Assembly: GCA_965369865.1 (NCBI GenBank)
Contig: CBDURU010000079.1
Location: 1 to 17,356, forward strand
Direction: 5' to 3'
DNA length: 17,356 nt
Source of the DNA: an uncultured bacterium
GTDB lineage: Bacteria; JAJVIF01; JAPKYR01
The notes under the pieces are model-generated. The model had not been told where the DNA came from. It saw only the letters and a program-made list of their open reading frames with translations, and did no database searches. This document shows positions 5,926-13,181 of this stretch, in pieces; the first letter of the stretch is position 1; the number at the start of each line of letters is the position of its first letter. A program made the position numbers and the translations under genes.

Positions 5926-8478
5926 ATGGCAACTTCCCTGAATCGTGCGGTCCTGATACCACTGCTGATAGTACTGATATGTGGTTGTTCTAAGTCAGGC
6001 AATCCTACACAACCACCGCTGCCTGACAGTGAAGGAAATGTCGATGCTATCACGGAAAGTACCAGCCCAGACACTGTTCAATCAAACAACCATCAACTCC
6101 TAGCCTACAATTTAATCCATGTCGATGCCAGTAGCCCTGCAGACGTTGAATTTGAGATTGTGCCAGTACGCTCAAGTTCGATACACCTGAATATTCTCAA
6201 GCTCCTCGAAACAGGGATCTGCACCGACTGTTTTAAGATCGTCGATTTCAATATTCCTGAACCCGATGTGTTGGATGTTGATATCCAGATCACTCATCCA
6301 TTCGATGATTTGAAATTTACGATTTTCGACGTACGCGGCATCATGATGTTCAACGGCAGTCACGTATTTCCCGCATCAGGACTGACCATGTCCGATTCAT
6401 CGATGGGTGATGGAGAACTCCTGAACGCTGAAGGATATACACAGTTATATAACGGCTCGACTCTCGGCATGGCAGGGGATCTGCTCACATATTATCCCGG
6501 CAAACTTTCGACACCGACAATTCCGGACGCTGACCTGAACGGGTTTATTCGTCATATCACCGATGATCCCGCGAACACCCGTAACGCTTTCTACGCGGAG
6601 GATTCTGTCACTCAAACCTATAGCCTTGCGTTACCTTCAGGAGAATTCGTCTTTGGCTACGCTGTCGATGCGTCATGGGACATACCCCTTGTCGATCCGG
6701 TTACTGATCCGATGACCGATTTCTCAATCACGGCAAATTGCATCGAGCCCTGGAAATTTGAGGTCGCTGATCTGGGTCCTGGATTGACCACTACCGAAGG
6801 GACAACGACACTTCAGATAGATGTCTATGACTGGCAGGGCAAGGATAGCACGCATCCTGTTAAAGCTGAGTGTCCTGCATATTATGACGGGGAAATAGAA
6901 GCGACGTGGGTTTCGGATGGCGACGGATATACTCGCTATGAAGTCACGTTGATTAATACAAAGAATCCCGGGCCAGGTATGTATCCCTGCATTATCAGTC
7001 ATGAAGCGACCGAAAATGATCCATCGGGTCAACCCTGGTTGGATCTTACGGGCTATGAAATAATATTATTGGATTATGGAAATTTATTATGGGCAAAATG
7101 CGCTGGTGAAACGAACATGGCTGCGGGATATGCAATTACTACACTTTCGGATAACTCAACTGTTGTAACTGGATATTTTACGGAAGTTATTACATTTGGG
7201 AAGGATGAGCCGAATGAGACTGTACTATTCACGAATTACCCATATAAGTCGATTTTTGTGGCCCGGTATAATCCCAATGGAACGCTTGCATGGGCTAAAC
7301 GCTTAGATAGCGAAGACAAAGATGGATATAGCAATGGAATTACAACACTGTCAGATAATTCAATTGTTTTGACTGGATATTTTGAGTGGGTGTCTGGCGA
7401 CCCACCTTATTCTACGTATTGTTCTGATATCATCATAGCTCGTTACAACCCTGATGGAACGCTTGCATGGGTAAAACAGGTAGGTGGTTACAGTTATAGT
7501 GAGGGTCGTGGGATAACTTCGCTTTCAGATGACTCAATTGTTGTGACTGGACGGTTTAATAACTCAATCACATTCGGATGGGGTGAACCGAACGAGACTA
7601 CCCTGACAACGTATGGACCTTCGAACGATATTGATATTTTCATCGCCCGGTATAATCCTGATGGAACTCTTGCATGGGTTAAACAGGCAGGTGGTTTGTC
7701 CTATGATTTTAGTTGGAATATAACATCGCTTACAGATAACTCCACTGTCATAACAGGCTCGTTTTCTGACATCGCAACATTTGGATTGGGTGAACCGAAC
7801 GAGACTGTACTTGTCGAGGGGGATTCGAGTTCCTTTATGGCCTGTTACAATCCTGATGGAACGCTTGCATGGGCTAAACTGGCAACTGGTTATTATATAA
7901 CGGCCCATTCGGATGACTCGCTTGTCGTGACTGGGAGTTTTGAAGGAACACGGACATTCGGGGAAGGTGAACCGAACGAGACTGTACTTGTCTCGGAAGG
8001 CCATCCGGTCCTGGGGGATGGTGGTGATATCTACATAGCCCTCTATAATCCTGATGGAACGCTTGAGTGGGCAAAACGCGCTGGTGGGCCAGATCGTTGG
8101 TACCAAAATGATGGTGGTCATGGAATTACAACATTGCCGGATAACTCGACCGTAATAACAGGTTGGTATTCAAAAAAAGTCACATTCGGGGAGGGGGAAC
8201 CGAACGAAACTGTCCTTTTCGCGGATGGAACTCAAGATTTATTTATTGCCCGGTACAATCCTGATGGGACTCTTGCATGGGTTAAAAGCGCTCATGGAAC
8301 AATTCAGTATTCGATTAATGGTGTTAAAGGTCTGGGAATAACAACGCTTTCGGATAATTCAATAGTTGCAACTGGGTATTATGCAGGAACAGCCACATTC
8401 GGGGTGGGGGAACCGAACGAAACTATACTAAAATCTACCAGCACGTGGGAAGTCTTCATTGCACGGTTTGGCCCTTAG
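5926..8478 (+). CDS. Predicted lipoprotein: family N-terminal region plus C-terminal repeat beta-propeller (SBBP/delta-60-like)
   Basis: GGAGGT SD; signal peptide with lipobox-like LICG-C; N-region similar to the proteins at 13182..16910 and 9010..11103; six YNPxGTLxW repeats. Confidence 0.88.
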   Translation: MATSLNRAVLIPLLIVLICGCSKSGNPTQPPLPDSEGNVDAITESTSPDTVQSNNHQLLAYNLIHVDASSPADVEFEIVPVRSSSIHLNILKLLETGICTDCFKIVDFNIPEPDVLDVDIQITHPFDDLKFTIFDVRGIMMFNGSHVFPASGLTMSDSSMGDGELLNAEGYTQLYNGSTLGMAGDLLTYYPGKLSTPTIPDADLNGFIRHITDDPANTRNAFYAEDSVTQTYSLALPSGEFVFGYAVDASWDIPLVDPVTDPMTDFSITANCIEPWKFEVADLGPGLTTTEGTTTLQIDVYDWQGKDSTHPVKAECPAYYDGEIEATWVSDGDGYTRYEVTLINTKNPGPGMYPCIISHEATENDPSGQPWLDLTGYEIILLDYGNLLWAKCAGETNMAAGYAITTLSDNSTVVTGYFTEVITFGKDEPNETVLFTNYPYKSIFVARYNPNGTLAWAKRLDSEDKDGYSNGITTLSDNSIVLTGYFEWVSGDPPYSTYCSDIIIARYNPDGTLAWVKQVGGYSYSEGRGITSLSDDSIVVTGRFNNSITFGWGEPNETTLTTYGPSNDIDIFIARYNPDGTLAWVKQAGGLSYDFSWNITSLTDNSTVITGSFSDIATFGLGEPNETVLVEGDSSSFMACYNPDGTLAWAKLATGYYITAHSDDSLVVTGSFEGTRTFGEGEPNETVLVSEGHPVLGDGGDIYIALYNPDGTLEWAKRAGGPDRWYQNDGGHGITTLPDNSTVITGWYSKKVTFGEGEPNETVLFADGTQDLFIARYNPDGTLAWVKSAHGTIQYSINGVKGLGITTLSDNSIVATGYYAGTATFGVGEPNETILKSTSTWEVFIARFGP

Positions 8479-8620
8479 CTAAGGGCTTCCGATATCCTTT
8501 GTCGAATTAGACCAGCACCCATGCGCCATTTCCCCTCTAACATGTCCTATTAGTTAGTAGAGATGACTATAACCGACCGCGTGGCGTCGACACGCTGAGT
8601 GAGACAGTTACACACGCAAA

Positions 8621-8663
8621 CCTTGAAAGTCTCCGGGTCGAACGTGCTTGTCGACGTAAATCA
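8621..8663. repeat. Dispersed 43-bp intergenic repeat, copy B
   Basis: ccttgaaagtctccgggtcgaacgtgcttgtcgacgtaaatca; 39/43 identical to 19-61, same orientation. Confidence 0.9.
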
Positions 8664-8948
8664 CCGGAAGTATGCCATTTTTCTCCAGTGATAAACCTGA
8701 CTTTACCATCGCGCATCAAAGGAAAATTGCCCTGTTCCCGAAGTTCATTACCCGTATCCGGATACACCTTGAACACCCAAAATCCGAAAATCGCGATTTT
8801 GCCCTGATACGGGTAAATTACACCGTAAGCCTGGTCATAACGCGGATTTCACCCGATCAAGGGATACAAAAAAAAACGTAAAAAAAAGGTGAGATACGGA
8901 TACACCCGATACGCTTTCGACGGCTGGTAATTAAACCCTAACCTGACT

Positions 8949-8984
8949 AAAAAAAATCCCCGGATTTCTCCAGGGGGATTTTTT
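8949..8984. terminator. Bidirectional intrinsic terminator
   Basis: aaaaaaaatcccc-ggatttctcca-gggggatttttt, 25 nt after the stop of the minus-strand PD40 lipoprotein gene. Confidence 0.85.
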
Positions 8985-9009
8985 AACAAGTTATTTGATT
9001 TTTATTTTA

Positions 9010-11103
9010 TCAACCGCCGCCGAAGCAGGGATCGAAATCCGGCATTTCATGGTTGGTCATTCGTGTGAGGTTGGCGCCATTAAAGTACATGCGCCAGATG
9101 TCCATATTCTCGTTCTGCCGATCCGATGTGAACGCGATCCACTCCCCATTCCTCGATATCGACGGGTAAATATCCATCGCGGAATTTTCGGTTAGCCTTA
9201 TGGTCGTTTCAACGTAATCCGTGTAAAGAATATCCATATCTCCAGGTTGATAACGGTCGCTCTGCCAGACCATCCCGGGTTTGAGCACCGGACCTGAAGC
9301 CGGGTATCCATCGAATGCCGGATCCCATGTAAGGCGTTGTGGAAGGTTGTTCATTGATTCCTGGCTTGTAGGATCGATGTAGAAAATATCGACATTTCCG
9401 CCTCCGCCGCGATCCGAATGGAAGAACAGCCCCGTTCCCGTCGGATTGGAACGGTCGTAATGCGGAGCGTCATCGTAGGCGAAATTGTAGGTCACCCTCA
9501 AGGGTATAGGCGGTGGAAAACTGCTCACATTTGGTACGGTGTAGATTTCGAACTGCGCGAACTCCATGCCGCTGAAGGCAACCATGGTCCCGTTTGGCGA
9601 GAAATCAGGCATTCGATCATCGTAATTGTTCGAGGTCAACTGGTCCCAGTCGCCGGTGTTATCACCCATCGGTTCGACCGGAATATCACCGGCATATTGA
9701 ATCTGCAACGTGTAAATTTCGTAGTCCGCTATCGCACCGATATCCTTGTTATAATTTGAAATGAAGACAATTTCAGTACCGGCGGTATTGCAACTCACCT
9801 CCATCTCGTTCGACCCCCGGTTGCCATCGTGTGTCAGCCTGTATTTCTGGCCGTTCAGGAAAAGATGAGTGTATATGTCAGAATCATTGCCATTTTGATA
9901 ACTTGAATAAACTACCTGCATGTGGTTTGTAGGATCGATGCTGCCCCCGCCTTCATCGACCTCTATCTCGACGCGCTGGTAAATTGTATCGAAAATCTCA
10001 TCGTCAGGATCGCCGCTCCAGTCGGTGTCGACACTTTCGGCAACAATGATCGCATCGTAAATGCCTTTAAATTCCTCTTTCTCATTGTAAATATTAGCCC
10101 AGTACTTCCTGAGGGTATCGCGCTCGTAAGAGCTGAATTCCATTATGAAATCAATCTCATCCGGATCGAAAGGCGGGAATCCATCACCAGGAGGCCAGGC
10201 ATTAACACCGGTTGTCGGCCACTCGTGCATCTGGATGAAATTATCGTTACTGTCGAAAAACAGGTCGGGACAATAAACGCTGACGTCGACTATATCCTCC
10301 TGCCAGTCGGCGACTATACATTCAACATAAACCGACGATATATCGCTTTCCACGGGAAGGTCATCCGACTGGTCCCAGCGTGAAATCTCATATGGATCCT
10401 TACAATGATCCGGCCAGTTGACATCCACCATCAGGATAACAGCTCCACCGGCTGAACCTTCCGGCACATAAAGAATAAATTCTTCCTTGTCAGAATAGAT
10501 TTCCGGACCGGGTCCGTCGGGGTCTCCGAGGAATATACGCTGCTTGTCTTCTTTTTCAAACGCGATAAACGGGTTGATCCACTGCTCTTCCTCGTCCCAT
10601 TCCGGATCGGGATCGTATGCCGGGGAGAAACTGTCGGGATTCACAATCTCCCAGGCTTCATCCGTTTCTATATCGTACGGCAATCCGGATATAATAATTC
10701 TTAAATCATATGCATCGATAATGGTAGGATTAACCATCTCCATGTCAATGTAGAACCATCGTAACGCCGGATCGACGCCGGTAATTTTCAATGTCAGGCA
10801 CTGGCTTCCCGGACAATTAGGGCTATTAAGGAAAGACGTAATATTGAGATGGATTTCTGACGATCGATGTGGAACCACTTCGATTTCCAGGGTGTCCGGG
10901 TTGATATAGGCGGTAGCCAGACCGATTGTAGTGCGGCCGGTATCCAGGCTGATTTCTTCGTAATCGGCTGGTTCATGCACAGGGGGAGCAACCGTGCTCT
11001 TATCCCCCTTCGAGCAGGATATTGAACCTGCCGACAGGAAAATTGCCAGGATAAGTAAAGCAAAGATGGTAATTGATGAATAAGACCTGGTTTTTAAAAT
11101 CAT
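9010..11103 (-). CDS. Predicted lipoprotein: divergent family N-terminal region plus TolB-like (PD40/WD40-like) beta-propeller
   Basis: ATG 11103 has a GGGAGG SD (the ORF track starts at 11130); signal peptide ending GSIS-C; PD40-like repeats PDFSPNGTMVAFS, PSISRNGEWIAFTSDR, DIWRM...LTRMT. Confidence 0.85.
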   Translation of the reverse strand: MILKTRSYSSITIFALLILAIFLSAGSISCSKGDKSTVAPPVHEPADYEEISLDTGRTTIGLATAYINPDTLEIEVVPHRSSEIHLNITSFLNSPNCPGSQCLTLKITGVDPALRWFYIDMEMVNPTIIDAYDLRIIISGLPYDIETDEAWEIVNPDSFSPAYDPDPEWDEEEQWINPFIAFEKEDKQRIFLGDPDGPGPEIYSDKEEFILYVPEGSAGGAVILMVDVNWPDHCKDPYEISRWDQSDDLPVESDISSVYVECIVADWQEDIVDVSVYCPDLFFDSNDNFIQMHEWPTTGVNAWPPGDGFPPFDPDEIDFIMEFSSYERDTLRKYWANIYNEKEEFKGIYDAIIVAESVDTDWSGDPDDEIFDTIYQRVEIEVDEGGGSIDPTNHMQVVYSSYQNGNDSDIYTHLFLNGQKYRLTHDGNRGSNEMEVSCNTAGTEIVFISNYNKDIGAIADYEIYTLQIQYAGDIPVEPMGDNTGDWDQLTSNNYDDRMPDFSPNGTMVAFSGMEFAQFEIYTVPNVSSFPPPIPLRVTYNFAYDDAPHYDRSNPTGTGLFFHSDRGGGGNVDIFYIDPTSQESMNNLPQRLTWDPAFDGYPASGPVLKPGMVWQSDRYQPGDMDILYTDYVETTIRLTENSAMDIYPSISRNGEWIAFTSDRQNENMDIWRMYFNGANLTRMTNHEMPDFDPCFGGG

Positions 11104-11177
11104 AAGGGAAATCCTCCCGACTCGGGACATAGAAATGCATGGTAAACAATTCCGGTCCGATCCGGATTACAATATCA

Positions 11178-11206
11178 ATTTTACCATAGCGACGTCGCTC
11201 TAACAA
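11178..11206 (-). promoter_or_regulatory. Sigma70-type promoter with a palindromic spacer
   Basis: Minus strand reads TTGTTA-N17-TAAAAT with extended TG; the spacer holds the perfect palindrome agcgacgtcgct (11188-11199). Confidence 0.55.
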
Positions 11207-11253
11207 CAATTAATAAGGGGACAGGGAAATACATCGGGTCAAATGAACTGGTA

Positions 11254-13113
11254 TTACTCAGCATTTTTCCTGGCAAGCAGGATGTCAAGGACCGCGATAT
11301 CACTCGGCTTAACACCCGAAATCCGGGACGCCTGGCCGAGGGTACGCGGACGGATTCTTTCCAGTTTGTCTCTCGATTCATGGCTGATCGACTTGATACC
11401 GCCGTACTCAAATCCCGCAGGAATCTTCACATTTTCCGCACGGGATATTCGTTTTACTTCGCTCTGCTGCCGGTTTAAATACCCAGTGTATTTGATCCCG
11501 GATTCGACAGTCATCACAGTGTCTTTTGAAAATTCCCCTTCAACCAGACCTTTGCATAACAAATCTTCCAGTTTGACTCCCGGGACTTTCAGCCATTCCG
11601 CAAGGCTGCGTGACGGAGGCCCTCCAGCCTCCCGATCAAGAATCCGATCGGCTTTTACCCTTGTATTCTCAAGAGATTCGGTCAATTCCGATATTTTCTT
11701 TTCACGGGTCTGATATTTCGACCATCGTTCATCATCAACAAGTCCGATATCCCGCCCGAGTGTTGTCAGTCGGCGATCGGCGTCATCAAATCGCAGGAGG
11801 AGCCGCCATTCAGCGCGTCCGGTGAGCATCCGGTACGGGTCGGTCACACCCTTAACCGACAGATCGTCGGTCATTACGCCAAGGTACGCCTGGTCGCGTG
11901 TAAGAACAACCGGCTCCTCGTCCCTGAGGTATCGAACTGCATTTACACCGCATAAAAGGCCAAGCCCGGCGGCTTCCTCATAGCCTGTCGTCCCGATCAG
12001 GTTTCCTGCCAAAAACAGGTTGGGGAATTTTTTCGACGCTCCCCAGACATGCATCGTCTGCGGATCGATAAAGTCGTATTCTATCGCGTAACCGTAGCGG
12101 ACAATTTTCGCGTTCTCCAGACCGGGGATTGAGCGTACATACTCGTCCTGCACATCGGCGGGAAGGCTTGTCGACAGGCCCTGAAGGTAGATTTCATTGG
12201 ATAACGGTCCCGACGCAGCTTCGGGTTCGAGAAAAACCGGATGGCTGATTTTGTCGGGGAATTTGTGGTATTTATCCTCGATGCTCGGGCAGTACCTTGG
12301 ACCTTCCCCTGTAATGTCGCCGGAAAAAAGCGCCGCCCGCTCGAGGTTCGCCATGATAATCTCACGGGTTTCAGGCACCGTATGGGTTATGTAACACGGC
12401 AGTTTCGGAAGATCGTTAGTTGGCAAATTAAGAAAACTGAACCCGGGATGCATTGGATCGGGGGGTTGTGGTTCGAGGCTTTTATAGTCGATTGAATCCC
12501 TGTGAATGCGCGGAACGGTGCCGGTTTTTAAGCGATCGAGTTCAATTCCAAGGTTCTTCAGGGATTTCGATAATTTTAACGAAGCGGATTCGCCTTCCCT
12601 GCCTGCCTGGATTCTTTCATCGCCGCGGTATATCATCCCACCGAGGAACGTGCCCGTCGCAAGAATGACCGCCCTCGATTTGTATTCACCACCATTGTCG
12701 AACTTTACACCCGTGATCGAATTTCCATCGGAAAGGAGATCGGTAACGATCCCTTCGCGGATTGTAATATTCTCGGTTTCATCGAGGATATTCTCCCATC
12801 CCTTCTGGAAAAGGGATTTATCGCACTGTGCACGGAGTGCCTGTACAGCGGGTCCTTTTTTTGTGTTAAGCCACCGGACATGGATGCTCGTTTTGTCGGT
12901 GACAATTGCCTGCATACCGCCGAGCGCGTCTATTTCGCGGGTAAGATGGCCTTTCGCGGGTCCACCGATCGATGGGTTGCACGGCATCCATCCTATGCGG
13001 TCTTTACGTACAACGCAGACCAGCACTTTCATCCCTAACTTTGCAGCAGCGAGCGATGCTTCGCACCCGGCATGTCCGCCGCCGATAACGATTATGTCGA
13101 AAGAGTTATCCAT
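11254..13113 (-). CDS. mnmG: tRNA uridine-5-carboxymethylaminomethyl modification enzyme MnmG (GidA)
   Basis: VIGGGHAGCEA, MPCNPSIGGPAKG, KGPAVQALRAQCD, RLKTGT, GPRYCPSIEDK, QGLSTSLP, GYAIEYD, GTTGYEEAA, PYRMLT, GQASRISGV; 619 aa. Confidence 0.97.
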   Translation of the reverse strand: MDNSFDIIVIGGGHAGCEASLAAAKLGMKVLVCVVRKDRIGWMPCNPSIGGPAKGHLTREIDALGGMQAIVTDKTSIHVRWLNTKKGPAVQALRAQCDKSLFQKGWENILDETENITIREGIVTDLLSDGNSITGVKFDNGGEYKSRAVILATGTFLGGMIYRGDERIQAGREGESASLKLSKSLKNLGIELDRLKTGTVPRIHRDSIDYKSLEPQPPDPMHPGFSFLNLPTNDLPKLPCYITHTVPETREIIMANLERAALFSGDITGEGPRYCPSIEDKYHKFPDKISHPVFLEPEAASGPLSNEIYLQGLSTSLPADVQDEYVRSIPGLENAKIVRYGYAIEYDFIDPQTMHVWGASKKFPNLFLAGNLIGTTGYEEAAGLGLLCGVNAVRYLRDEEPVVLTRDQAYLGVMTDDLSVKGVTDPYRMLTGRAEWRLLLRFDDADRRLTTLGRDIGLVDDERWSKYQTREKKISELTESLENTRVKADRILDREAGGPPSRSLAEWLKVPGVKLEDLLCKGLVEGEFSKDTVMTVESGIKYTGYLNRQQSEVKRISRAENVKIPAGFEYGGIKSISHESRDKLERIRPRTLGQASRISGVKPSDIAVLDILLARKNAE

Positions 13114-13147
13114 AAATAAAACTGCTGAGAAGGATAATCTCAGCAGT
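13114..13147 (-). terminator. Intrinsic terminator of the PKD lipoprotein gene, abutting the mnmG start codon
   Basis: Perfect 10-bp stem actgctgaga (13121-13130) / tctcagcagt (13138-13147), followed on the minus strand by tttattt and then ATG. Confidence 0.7.
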
Positions 13148-13181
13148 GCAAGTAATCAAGAAGGGAAAGGGTTGTTTTAGG

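Noticed and set aside
8567..8881. 69-aa ORFs 8567..8776 (-) and 8672..8881 (+)
   Set aside because: No convincing SD or homology, and they overlap repeat or palindromic DNA
8479..9009. oriC near mnmG/gidA
   Set aside because: No cluster of DnaA boxes (TTWTNCACA) was seen here; only one isolated match was noticed, at about 882-890
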